Positions 29,646-39,297 of a stretch of DNA of 64,000 nt are shown one piece after another. Position 1 is the stretch's first letter, and each line of letters begins with the position of its first letter. Under the pieces are notes generated by a model. That model was not told the DNA's origin, did no database searches, and worked only from the letters and a program-made list of their open reading frames with translations. This DNA comes from a virus. The translations under genes were made by a program, and so were the position numbers. Location of the stretch: positions 7,776 to 71,775 of IMG/VR virus record IMGVR_UViG_3300024346_000045; one strand, 5' to 3'.

Positions 29646-32350
29646 TGACTTATAAGATTAATAAAACCGATGGTAGCCTATTAACAGAAGTCATTGATAG
29701 TGCAATAGATACAACTGCAACTGATATTGCATTAATTGGTAAAAATGTTACAGGGTATGGCGAATTTCTAAATGAAAATTTTATAAAGATATTAGAAAAT
29801 TTTGCTTCGACTACTGAACCTAATAATCCCATAACCGGACAGTTATGGTTCGACACAAGTGAAAATCGATTAAAAGTATACGACGGTAATGGGTTTAGAA
29901 TTGGCAGTGGTCCAATTGTATCAGGTTCGGCGCCTTTAAATCCGATTCAAGGAGACTTTTGGATCGACAGTGACGAAAACCAATTGTATTTCTATGACGG
30001 AACTGATAGGCAATTAGCCGGCCCTATCTATAAAAATAGTCAGGGTATAAGTGGGTTTACTGTAGAAACAATCTCCGATATAGATGGCAATCAAAAAACT
30101 ATTGTTAAATTATGGGTTGCACAAACGCTTATTGGTATTTTTAGCAAGTATACAGAATTCACTCCTGCTGCATTAATTCCTGGATTTAGTGGAACTATTA
30201 AACCTGGGTTTACCGCAGGAACACTTGACGGATTGCAATTCAATGTTACTGCTTCTACTGCTAATGCATTAATTGATAGCTTAGGAAATGTTAAACCTTC
30301 TTCTAGCTTTATGCTAACAGATGAAGATAATACTGCTACTGGAACGCAAACAATTCTCAATGCAATACCGTTAACATTAGGTCCTGGGGGCGAAACATCT
30401 GTTAACGTATCAGCCGGAACTTTTCAGATTAGAAGCGATCAAAACGGCCAAGACATTAAACTTACCACACGTCAATCTAGCTTACACTATGATGCAGTTA
30501 CTATTAAGTCTGCATCTAACCGTGTTGGTATTTTTAATAATGCGCCGGATGTAATGCTACACATTGGAACTGTTCTATCGCCTGGCAGTGTAATTATCGA
30601 AGGCGACTTAACAGTTAACGGCACATCAACAATTATTAATTCAACAACATTAGAAGTTGATGATAAATTAATTGAGTTATCTAAGACTGCAAGCCCGAGT
30701 GACACAATTGCCGACGGTGGTGGTATTGTACTAAAAGGCGACACAGATCACTCGTTAACTTGGAATAATTCTACCGACGCATGGAATAGTAGTGAACATT
30801 TTAATATACCATTCCTTAAAGAATATCGAATTAACGGAACTAAAATTTTAGATTCAACAAGTTTAGGTACCAGTGTTGTCTCGTCGAGTTTAACAAGTGT
30901 TGGCACATTAACTGAATTACAAGTTGATAATATTAATATTAATGGCGGTACAATTAGTTCTTCAGCAGGTAATATTACTCTTAGTCCTGCCGGTGCAGGT
31001 GTTGTCTCAGTAGCGTCAAGTAAAATTACAAATGCATTGTCTCCTGATCCAGGAGACCCCTCGCATTATGTTGCAACTAAAGGTTACGTTGATAGTTTAA
31101 TTTCTTATCCTTGGCAAGAAATTTTTGCAGCAGAATATGTTGCAGTAGCTAACGACAGATTATTGGTTGATACATCAAGTGGCCCAGTTCGAGTAGTTCT
31201 TCCAGACGATCCTGTAGAAGGCGATACGATTAGATTTTTAGATTTTTCTAGTACATTCGATTCTGATAATTTAACTGTTGCTAGATACAGAACTCCTAAT
31301 TTAGCAACACTAGGCGGAACATCCGGAGCAATCGGAACTTATACAGGGTGTGCCACTTCTGCAGTTATAGGTTCGGGAGTAGGACTTGTTGTTAATGTAA
31401 CTACTACAGTAACTGGTACAACATACACTAGCACTAATACTTCTATAACAGTAACACAACACGGAACTGGTTATAAAAACGGTGATACTATTAAAATTTT
31501 AGGAACTGCGTTAGGTGGAACAACTCCGGTCAACGACTTAGTAGTTGACTTATCACTAATTAATATTTTAAGTTTCGATGATGACTTAATAATTAATGAT
31601 GCTGATGCTGGCTTTGGATTAATTTATTTAAATTACACACAAGGTTGGAAATACACTGAAGTTGCAAGTTTGCCTGCATCTATTTCTGCAGATATTGTTG
31701 GTAATGTAACAGGTAACGTTACTGGTAATGTTTTAGGTAACGTTACTGGTAATGTTTTAGGTAACGTTACTGGTAACTTAACAGGTTCAGTATTAACAGC
31801 ATCTCAGAGTAATATTACTTCTGTAGGCACGTTAACGTTTTTAGATGTTAGCGGCGGAATTACTGGAGATTTAACTGGCAGTTTATTCTCTACATATGAT
31901 AGTTCATTGATTTTAGATACCACAACTGCGACATCTTTGTTTACTGGCAATGTGTTGGGAAATATTTCTAATGATTCGTTAACTGTTACAGGAACAAGCA
32001 CCCTTACATTAGAATCTCAATCTAATGCAATTTATGTAGTTTCTGGTAATTCAGGATTGCGTGTAAGTGCGTATGATAATACAGGAACTCAAGAGCAATA
32101 TGCTGTACAAGTAACTCCGGGAGCAGCTTCGGGTCTACGTTCAACTACGCTACTGTTTGGCGATGTTGTTGTAAGTAACACAAGCACAAGCAACATAAAC
32201 GGTTCTAGTTTTAGATTACCTAGCTATACAGCCGCAGAATTAGCTGCAAGAACACTAACTTTCTTAAATTACGGAGAGCTAATTTATAACAGTGATACTA
32301 ACAATGTTCAAGCATATATATCGCCCGGCACTTGGGTTAACATCGCTTAA
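29645..32350 (+). CDS. tail fibre protein
   Basis: Shares N-terminal LIGKN..GYGE..NENF..LLENFA....P..P..GQLW(F/Y)DT domain with neighbours; YVATKGYVD; AVANDRLLVDTSSGPVRVVLP; GNVT repeats. Confidence 0.75.
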   Translation: MTYKINKTDGSLLTEVIDSAIDTTATDIALIGKNVTGYGEFLNENFIKILENFASTTEPNNPITGQLWFDTSENRLKVYDGNGFRIGSGPIVSGSAPLNPIQGDFWIDSDENQLYFYDGTDRQLAGPIYKNSQGISGFTVETISDIDGNQKTIVKLWVAQTLIGIFSKYTEFTPAALIPGFSGTIKPGFTAGTLDGLQFNVTASTANALIDSLGNVKPSSSFMLTDEDNTATGTQTILNAIPLTLGPGGETSVNVSAGTFQIRSDQNGQDIKLTTRQSSLHYDAVTIKSASNRVGIFNNAPDVMLHIGTVLSPGSVIIEGDLTVNGTSTIINSTTLEVDDKLIELSKTASPSDTIADGGGIVLKGDTDHSLTWNNSTDAWNSSEHFNIPFLKEYRINGTKILDSTSLGTSVVSSSLTSVGTLTELQVDNININGGTISSSAGNITLSPAGAGVVSVASSKITNALSPDPGDPSHYVATKGYVDSLISYPWQEIFAAEYVAVANDRLLVDTSSGPVRVVLPDDPVEGDTIRFLDFSSTFDSDNLTVARYRTPNLATLGGTSGAIGTYTGCATSAVIGSGVGLVVNVTTTVTGTTYTSTNTSITVTQHGTGYKNGDTIKILGTALGGTTPVNDLVVDLSLINILSFDDDLIINDADAGFGLIYLNYTQGWKYTEVASLPASISADIVGNVTGNVTGNVLGNVTGNVLGNVTGNLTGSVLTASQSNITSVGTLTFLDVSGGITGDLTGSLFSTYDSSLILDTTTATSLFTGNVLGNISNDSLTVTGTSTLTLESQSNAIYVVSGNSGLRVSAYDNTGTQEQYAVQVTPGAASGLRSTTLLFGDVVVSNTSTSNINGSSFRLPSYTAAELAARTLTFLNYGELIYNSDTNNVQAYISPGTWVNIA
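31700..31783 (+). repeat. 7 x 12-bp tandem repeat encoding GNV(T/L), with a perfect 24-bp superunit
   Basis: ggtaatgtaaca ggtaacgttact ggtaatgtttta ggtaacgttact ggtaatgtttta ggtaacgttact ggtaacttaaca. Confidence 0.9.
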
Positions 32351-32363
32351 TAAAAAAATAGAC

Positions 32364-32370
32364 ATAAATA
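32364..32370 (+). promoter_or_regulatory. putative late promoter
   Basis: Intergenic ATAAATA 21 nt upstream of the 32392 ATG. Confidence 0.6.
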
Positions 32371-32391
32371 CACTAGTTTAGGAAATAGAGA

Positions 32392-34065
32392 ATGCCTTAT
32401 ACCATAGATAAATTCAACGGAACAACAGTAACAGTAGTCGAAGACGGTACAATTGACAGTACCCTTGACATTAAACTGATTGGTAAAAACTACGCCGGTT
32501 ACGGTGAAGTACAAAACGAAAACTTTGTGTTTTTGCTAGAAAATTTTGCAGGTACTAGCGCACCACCTCGCCCAATAGCAGGACAAATTTGGTATGATAC
32601 AGGTACTAAAAAATTAAAGTTTTATGACGGCGCAACTGCTCGTTGGAAAACTACTGGCGGAGCAGAATCTGCGACATCAGCTCCTGCGGGCCTAGCACAA
32701 GGCGATCTATGGTATGACTCGGTTAACAAGCAAGTTTATGTTTACGATGGCAGCTCTTATATTTTAATTGGCCCGCAAGGTGTAGCCGGGTTAGGTACAA
32801 CGCAGATGAAGTCTATCAGCGTAACTGATAATGCTACAGGCGCAACTCATGGATTGGTACAAGGTATTGTCGACGGTGAAGTAATGTTTGTTGTTTCTAA
32901 AGACGAATTTACTTTAAGCACAGCTAGCGCAGTACTATTACCAAATTTTGGATTAATTAAGCAGGGTATTACATTAGTAAACACTGACAACAGTGATGGC
33001 ATTACCGACGAACCGTCAGGACGAATTTTTTGGGGAACCGTAAGTAATGCAAAAAAACTTAATGGTCTTGATGTTGATTCTTTTATCTTAAAAGAAGTTG
33101 GCGGCGTAAATTTCGATACAATTGTTAGATTCAGTGACGGTGGATATACTGTAGGCGATAGTGATGATTTATCAGTTAGCATTGATGCCGACGGCATAAC
33201 TCCAGTTATCCAATCAACGATTAACACAACAATTAAGTTCAAAACAATTGCTAACACACCATTAGTGTTATCTGGAGCACACGTTTTACCGGGAGTAGCG
33301 TCTACTACTGATTTAGGATCTTCTGGAACTCCTTTTAGAGCAATTTATGGTAGTACATTTAGCGGAACATCAGCTAAAGCAGATCAGTTAAAAGTTGGTT
33401 CAGAATATGCTGATGCTAGTACTCTTTCTACTGCTGATACTGTAGTAGTTAGAACAAATACCGGCGCAATTAACGCAACATCGTTTTTAGGAAATGCAAC
33501 ATCTGCTACAACAGCTACAACCGCTACCCAAGCTAATACACTACAAGTGGCAGTAGGAGTTTATAGAGCTGCATCGGTTGATACACCCGACAGTGGAACC
33601 CCAAATACAATTGCAGTTAGGACCGGCGACGGCGACTTATGTGCTACAGTATTTAGAGGAACAGCTACAGCAGCTTATTTTGCTGACTTAGCAGAAAAAT
33701 ATCTAGCAGATGATGATTATGAAACAGGAACAGTGGTTACTGTAGGCGGCGCAGCAGAAGTTACAGCTTGTCAGTTAGGTGACAGAGCGTTTGGCGCAGT
33801 ATCTGCAAATCCAGCATTTAAAATGAATGAAGGATTAGAGGGAGGTACTTACATTGCCCTTAAAGGCCGAGTTCCGGTTAAAGTTGTAGGCGCAGTAAGA
33901 AAAGGCGATAAATTGATAGCTGCCGGTAACGGGTGTGCAGGCCCTGCACATGTATTATTAAGAAATGCAATAGCCCGTGCTGATACATTTCCCGATACCT
34001 TTGCTATCGCACTAGAAAACAGCGACGACGAAGGTGTTAAACTGGTTGAAGCAATTATACTTTAA
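32392..34065 (+). CDS. tail fibre protein with C-terminal ADLAEKY domain
   Basis: Same N-terminal domain as 27009 and 29645; C-terminal YFADLAEKY...ALKGRVPVKVVGAVRKGDKLI. Confidence 0.75.
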   Translation: MPYTIDKFNGTTVTVVEDGTIDSTLDIKLIGKNYAGYGEVQNENFVFLLENFAGTSAPPRPIAGQIWYDTGTKKLKFYDGATARWKTTGGAESATSAPAGLAQGDLWYDSVNKQVYVYDGSSYILIGPQGVAGLGTTQMKSISVTDNATGATHGLVQGIVDGEVMFVVSKDEFTLSTASAVLLPNFGLIKQGITLVNTDNSDGITDEPSGRIFWGTVSNAKKLNGLDVDSFILKEVGGVNFDTIVRFSDGGYTVGDSDDLSVSIDADGITPVIQSTINTTIKFKTIANTPLVLSGAHVLPGVASTTDLGSSGTPFRAIYGSTFSGTSAKADQLKVGSEYADASTLSTADTVVVRTNTGAINATSFLGNATSATTATTATQANTLQVAVGVYRAASVDTPDSGTPNTIAVRTGDGDLCATVFRGTATAAYFADLAEKYLADDDYETGTVVTVGGAAEVTACQLGDRAFGAVSANPAFKMNEGLEGGTYIALKGRVPVKVVGAVRKGDKLIAAGNGCAGPAHVLLRNAIARADTFPDTFAIALENSDDEGVKLVEAIIL

Positions 34066-34077
34066 GGAATTACTAAA

Positions 34078-35100
34078 ATGGCAGGAAGAGGAACAAGAGC
34101 AACAGCAACGGACTATAATAATATTCAGGCTACCGTTGCTTCCGTAATGGGACTTGGCTCAACAACGACAGGGTATGGCCAACCGATAACTAGCACACAA
34201 GTTGTACCCGGTGCAGTTATTACAGTGGCTCAATGGACAACCTTAAGAAATGATCTTTCTAAAGCTCGTGTACACCAAACTAATGCTGCGGTAGTTGACG
34301 GGCTAGCTAGCATTTCAGCTAATAGAGGTAGTCCGTGGCAAACATTGCAAATAGTTACGGGCTCAACAACTATTAGTGAAGACATTCGTGATCAGTATAA
34401 TCAGTTTTCATCCGGCATACAATCAAATAAAGATGTTATAGCAGCAACGGGTCAGTCCACTTCGGGTATAGCATTAACAAGTTCAACTAGAGTTACTGCA
34501 TGGGGAACGGGAGCAACTCCTACTAGAACGCACACTTTTACAGTTACTTTTGCAGGATATACTAGCGGATCGTTAACAGTTCCTGCTGCTGATCATGCAC
34601 GTTGTTTTTTCAACGCAGGCGGCCAAATAAATATTACAGCATCAAGAACTGGAACCGCAGCTACTACTAAAGATACTGATTGGACTAACATGCTATCTGG
34701 GTTTGGAACTTTTAGTTTTAAAAACTCGTCTTGCTCAGTAACAGGATCAATTAATTCTCCAGGCTCGGTATCTGGCACTACTGGATTTAGTACATTAACA
34801 GTAGGCGCAGTAAGCCAAACGACAGTATTTACACAAGCATCTAGCGTATCTGTATATGCAGAAAACCGCTACACAGTTGGTGTAAGAAGACCGACAGCTA
34901 ACACAATAGAATTTTCAGTAATATTTAACGATGCTGACACAGGTGATCGCCCAGTTCCAAGTCCTCCGGCACCGTTTGGTCCGCTAGTTGACGAATCAGT
35001 TACAGGTACACTAACTAGCACAATTACTTGTACTAGGCCGTCTGGTTCGAATGTGGATGTTCCAGCACCGACTGCTGCTACTTCAGTAAATATAACCTAA
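34078..35100 (+). CDS. Ser/Thr-rich putative virion (fibre-associated) protein
   Basis: Very T/S/G/A-rich; ITVAQWTTLRNDL and ARCFFNAGGQI motifs; last gene of the structural run. Confidence 0.55.
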   Translation: MAGRGTRATATDYNNIQATVASVMGLGSTTTGYGQPITSTQVVPGAVITVAQWTTLRNDLSKARVHQTNAAVVDGLASISANRGSPWQTLQIVTGSTTISEDIRDQYNQFSSGIQSNKDVIAATGQSTSGIALTSSTRVTAWGTGATPTRTHTFTVTFAGYTSGSLTVPAADHARCFFNAGGQINITASRTGTAATTKDTDWTNMLSGFGTFSFKNSSCSVTGSINSPGSVSGTTGFSTLTVGAVSQTTVFTQASSVSVYAENRYTVGVRRPTANTIEFSVIFNDADTGDRPVPSPPAPFGPLVDESVTGTLTSTITCTRPSGSNVDVPAPTAATSVNIT

Positions 35101-35118
35101 CCACATTCACTTAAAAGT

Positions 35119-35148
35119 TTGACCTCCTAAGATAAAATAGTATATAAT
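35119..35148 (+). promoter_or_regulatory. sigma70-like promoter at the head of the enzyme island
   Basis: TTGACC (35119-35124), 18-nt spacer, TATAAT (35143-35148). Confidence 0.6.
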
Positions 35149-35164
35149 ACTATTATCTTAGGAG
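35124..35164 (+). repeat. 18-bp inverted repeat covering the RBS of the 35170 gene
   Basis: CTCCTAAGATAA-aa-TAGTAT-ata-ATACTA-TTATCTTAGGAG; the right arm ends in AGGAG, 5 nt before the GTG start. Confidence 0.85.
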
Positions 35165-35169
35165 TTTTT

Positions 35170-35520
35170 GTGGATACAAAATTAGAAAAAGCATTTGAAA
35201 TTGCCAATTATATGGCATCTCTTGCAGCCCAAAAATATATTCTCAAGGAAGAATATTGTCAAGCATTAATCTTTTATCATAATGGCGGTACATTTACTGC
35301 TACTCGAGAACTGATTAATTTTGTAAAAACACTAGTTGATTTAACTAATTCTGAGACATCAGTACTAGTTGACAATAATGATATTCCAATTGATATAGAA
35401 AACTTATCTCAATTTTTAGAGCTTGCCTTGTCAAAATATACGTTTGCAGTAAACGGATATTATACTAAGTACTCTCAACTAAGAAAAAGTAAATCTGTTG
35501 AAAGTTTAATGAGATTATGA
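35170..35520 (+). CDS. hypothetical protein
   Basis: GTG start with AGGAG RBS; 4-nt overlap with the next gene. Confidence 0.7.
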   Translation: MDTKLEKAFEIANYMASLAAQKYILKEEYCQALIFYHNGGTFTATRELINFVKTLVDLTNSETSVLVDNNDIPIDIENLSQFLELALSKYTFAVNGYYTKYSQLRKSKSVESLMRL

Positions 35521-36338
35521 CTAAAGGAGTAGTGCTGTTTGCACACAATAACGAAGAAGTTGACTATATTAAGATAGCAACATATGCTGCTGATCGAATA
35601 AAATTATTTTTAAACGTCCCCGTCACGCTAATTACTAACAGCACTGACTCTTCGTTAGCTAATAAATTTGATAATGTTATTGTTGTAAATACTTCGTCCC
35701 CATATACAAAATATTTTTATAACGGTTCACTAGCAGGAAAACATCTAACTTGGAATAATGTTTCTCGTGCCGACGTCTATGAATTAACTCCGTACACTGA
35801 AACATTGGTGATCGATGTTGATTATATAATTAACTCTAACATATTAGACTATTGCTGGAACCAACCCAGTGATTTTTTAATTTTCCAACGAAGTGTAGAT
35901 TTAGCTCCCTGGCGAGATAATAGTGAATTTCTTAAAGTAAGCGAACATTCAATTCCTTTTTATTGGGCAACTGTTTTCTTTTTCAGAAAAACTTCACTAA
36001 ACGAATTATTTTTTACATTAATTAAAGAAATTAGAAAAAACTGGAATTATTATACAACACTATACCAGATTCGTAGCACTAATTTTAGAAACGATTTAGC
36101 TTTTAGCATTGCTATTCACATGATGAACGGATTTAGCAGCGGGGTTTTTGCCAGCCATATTCCTGGTAAGTTGTTTTTTACAACTGATAGAGACTTGTTA
36201 ATCGAATCGAACAACGGTTCGATGCATTTTCTTTTAGAAAATGCAAACTCGACTGGCGGTTACATTTCTGTAAAAACTAATAATACAGACATTCATGTAA
36301 TGAACAAATATAGTTTGATGGAATTAGTTAATGAGTAA
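35517..36338 (+). CDS. GT-A fold glycosyltransferase-like protein
   Basis: KGVVLFA N-terminus; YELTPYTETLVIDVDY (DxD motif); FRNDLAFSIA. Confidence 0.7.
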   Translation: MTKGVVLFAHNNEEVDYIKIATYAADRIKLFLNVPVTLITNSTDSSLANKFDNVIVVNTSSPYTKYFYNGSLAGKHLTWNNVSRADVYELTPYTETLVIDVDYIINSNILDYCWNQPSDFLIFQRSVDLAPWRDNSEFLKVSEHSIPFYWATVFFFRKTSLNELFFTLIKEIRKNWNYYTTLYQIRSTNFRNDLAFSIAIHMMNGFSSGVFASHIPGKLFFTTDRDLLIESNNGSMHFLLENANSTGGYISVKTNNTDIHVMNKYSLMELVNE

Positions 36339-37155
36339 AGGGCATATATTTTTAGCACAAAACGGAAATGTTGATTATGTTCGGCAGGCATGTGCGTTGG
36401 CATTAAGTATTAAAAAATTTAATACTATTAATGAAACTTGCATTGTTACAAATGATGTAATTCCTAAAGAATACGAACATGCATTTGATTATGTTGTTAA
36501 TATACCGTGGACTGACTCTGCTAAAGACTCTTCTTGGAAAATAGAGAATCGTTGGAAGATTATTCATGCTTCGCCATTTAAAGAAAATTTAGTGTATGAT
36601 ACAGATATGCTCTTATTGAATTCTAATGATCATTGGTGGCATTCATTTAAAGGTAAAAGTTTATCATTTACTACTAATGTGGTAGATTATAATGGTAAAA
36701 TTATTACAGATGATTACTATCGAAAAGTCTTTACAGGAAATAATTTACCTAACATTTATACTGGTTGCTTTTATTTTAAAAAAGATGCAGTAGCATATGA
36801 GTTTTTTAAATGGTTGGAAGTAATTGTAAAAAATTGGACAGAAATTTATAAGAAACATTTAGATGTTAGTCCGCAAAAGTTTTTAAGTATCGATGTTAGT
36901 GCAGCATTGGCATACATTTATATGGATAATACAGCTGATATTTCCATCAACCATTGCGTACCAACATTTACGCATATGAAACCAGCGATTCAGGGATGGA
37001 AAAATATACCATCTCTTTGGTCTAGTACAATTTATTCGAGTTTTAATAACGAATGTCAGTTAAAGGTTGGCGGAATGATGCAACAAGGGTTATTCCATTA
37101 TGTTGAAGATGAGTTTTTGCAAGAGCATATGCTAAAAAAGTTAATGAGAAAATAA
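36331..37155 (+). CDS. GT-A fold glycosyltransferase-like protein (paralog of 35517)
   Basis: KGHIFLA; HASPFKENLVYDTDML (DxD motif); FTHMKP. Confidence 0.7.
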   Translation: MSKGHIFLAQNGNVDYVRQACALALSIKKFNTINETCIVTNDVIPKEYEHAFDYVVNIPWTDSAKDSSWKIENRWKIIHASPFKENLVYDTDMLLLNSNDHWWHSFKGKSLSFTTNVVDYNGKIITDDYYRKVFTGNNLPNIYTGCFYFKKDAVAYEFFKWLEVIVKNWTEIYKKHLDVSPQKFLSIDVSAALAYIYMDNTADISINHCVPTFTHMKPAIQGWKNIPSLWSSTIYSSFNNECQLKVGGMMQQGLFHYVEDEFLQEHMLKKLMRK

Positions 37156-37703
37156 TGTCAGCACCTGTTATATATTCTACATCTTTCGTATATTATGATA
37201 TCAATGGAAAATTGTACGGGTTAGGCAATGTACCCTCAACTGAATACAAAAATTTTGAAATTGATAACAGTTTAGTCGAAGATTTTTATCTATTAAAGAA
37301 GCAATTAACTAATTATAATATAGAATATTTTTATAATATAAGTAAAGGCATTGATGAGCCCGAAGAAGAAATTAAATTAATTGATACGTCGTTGTCTTTA
37401 CATATAATTGGCAGGACTATTGCTTATAATAATGAAATAACAATAGAGCATAATTCTAAATGGGTTATACAAGTTAGGGAAGATGTTAAAGAAAAGCTCG
37501 ATATTATTCCTAATTTAATATTTTTTGTATGTAAACCCGACGATCCGTACTTTTTATATAGACACTTTTCAGTTGATACGTCTTTATTAAAAGTACAACC
37601 GGTTGAAATTGATTTTCAACTTCCCATAGAACATAATTTACAAATTATAAGTTTAGCTACAATAAGAAAATTTAACAGCTACGGCATAAAGGAGATAGCA
37701 TGA
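37155..37703 (+). CDS. hypothetical protein
   Basis: 182-aa ORF coupled to both neighbours; no recognised motif. Confidence 0.65.
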   Translation: MSAPVIYSTSFVYYDINGKLYGLGNVPSTEYKNFEIDNSLVEDFYLLKKQLTNYNIEYFYNISKGIDEPEEEIKLIDTSLSLHIIGRTIAYNNEITIEHNSKWVIQVREDVKEKLDIIPNLIFFVCKPDDPYFLYRHFSVDTSLLKVQPVEIDFQLPIEHNLQIISLATIRKFNSYGIKEIA

Positions 37704-38623
37704 GCCAGAAATTTAAAGTCACGGATTGTGATGTAATATACCTAAGTTACGATGAACCCAATGCTGAAGAAAATTATGCAGATTTATTAACAAAGATTCC
37801 GTGGGCAAAACGTGTTCATGGTGTAGAAGGAAGTGACGCTGCTCATAAAGCGTGTGCTAGATTATCAGAAACAGAACGATTAGTGGTAATCGACGGTGAC
37901 AATAAAATTCGTCCTGAATTTATTAGTCAAGAAATTGACTTTATCGACGAAGTAGATCTCTCTAAGAGTGTTATTAGTTGGGGCGCTCAGAATGTTATCA
38001 ATAATCTAATCTACGGTAACGGTGGAATCAAGTCTTGGCCTAAGCAACTAGTTCTAGAAATGAAAACTCATGAGGCTGCTGAAGCTGACAATGCTAAAAC
38101 TCAAGTAGATTTTTGTTGGGACATTAACTATATCCAGATGGATTTTTGTATGAGTTATGTGCATAACAATGCTACTGCTCAACAGGCATGGCGAGCAGGA
38201 TTCCGCGAAGGTGTCAAGATGGGATTACTTGAAGGCAGCAAGGCAGATCCTGCTACGTTTACAAAACAAGTACATTGGAAAAACTATCATAGGCTGCTAA
38301 CATGGATGAATGTTGGTGCAGATGTAGTAAATGGTATGTATGCAATGTACGGTGCAAGACTAGGTTGTTTTATGACTAACTGTACTGATTGGGATTATTT
38401 GTTAGTTCGTGATTTTACATGGCTAAACGACCTATGGAACACTAAGGTGCATAAGATGTCTTTAGGTGACGTTGAAAGAGAATGTATCGAGTTAGCTCAG
38501 TATATGAATAAACATTTAGGATTACCCGTTGGACGTTATCTAGATACTGAACAAAGTAAGTTTTTTAAAGAAGTTTATCGAAGCCCGCCGAGAATGCCTA
38601 ATAATTTTATTGTTAAAAAATAA
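37700..38623 (+). CDS. glycosyltransferase-like protein (GT2-like)
   Basis: YLSYDEPNAEEN...RVHGVEGSDAAHKACA...VVIDGDN (DxD)...YGNGGIK...AWRAGFREGVK. Confidence 0.65.
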   Translation: MSQKFKVTDCDVIYLSYDEPNAEENYADLLTKIPWAKRVHGVEGSDAAHKACARLSETERLVVIDGDNKIRPEFISQEIDFIDEVDLSKSVISWGAQNVINNLIYGNGGIKSWPKQLVLEMKTHEAAEADNAKTQVDFCWDINYIQMDFCMSYVHNNATAQQAWRAGFREGVKMGLLEGSKADPATFTKQVHWKNYHRLLTWMNVGADVVNGMYAMYGARLGCFMTNCTDWDYLLVRDFTWLNDLWNTKVHKMSLGDVERECIELAQYMNKHLGLPVGRYLDTEQSKFFKEVYRSPPRMPNNFIVKK

Positions 38624-39297
38624 TGTACGATATAGTATTCATTAGTTATCAGGAACCTAACGCAGAAGAAAACTGGATTCGTCTTAAAAGTCGTTTTCCT
38701 TTTGCTAAACGTGTGCATGGTGTTAAGGGAATCCATCAGGCACATATTACAGCAGCAAAAAAATGTTTTACGGATATGATTTGGATAGTCGACGGTGATG
38801 CAATTGTTTTAGATGAATTTAATTTCGATTATAAACCACATGATTTAGATTATGTGTTTGTTTGGCGAAGTCGAAATGCAGTTAACGATCTTGAATATGG
38901 AAACGGTGGCGTAAAACTTTTTCCAAAATTAAAAACAATCAATATGGATGTGTCTAAACCTGATATGACTACTAGTATTAGTACAAAGTTTAAAGCTGTT
39001 CAGGAAATTAGTAACATTAACAGTTTTAACACAGATCCTTTTAATACATGGAAAAGTGCTTTTAGAGAATGCTGTAAATTATCTAGTAAAGTTATTGATC
39101 GTCAAAAATCTGATGAAACAGACGAAAGATTACATGCTTGGTGTACAATTGGTACTGACAAACTATACGGTGAATATGCTATTAAGGGTGCTATTGCAGG
39201 CAAGGAATATGGACAATCTAACATTGGAAACATCGACGCACTAAAAAAGATAAATGATTTCGAATGGCTAAAAAATAAATTTAAGGAAATAACATGA
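38623..39297 (+). CDS. glycosyltransferase-like protein (paralog of 37700)
   Basis: FISYQEPNAEEN...RVHGVKGIHQAH...WIVDGDA...YGNGGVK...WKSAFRECCK. Confidence 0.65.
   Translation: MYDIVFISYQEPNAEENWIRLKSRFPFAKRVHGVKGIHQAHITAAKKCFTDMIWIVDGDAIVLDEFNFDYKPHDLDYVFVWRSRNAVNDLEYGNGGVKLFPKLKTINMDVSKPDMTTSISTKFKAVQEISNINSFNTDPFNTWKSAFRECCKLSSKVIDRQKSDETDERLHAWCTIGTDKLYGEYAIKGAIAGKEYGQSNIGNIDALKKINDFEWLKNKFKEIT

Noticed and set aside
31700-31783. Tandem repeat as a CRISPR array or DGR template/variable repeat
   Set aside because: No spacers, in-frame coding repeat, and no cas or reverse transcriptase gene in the window.
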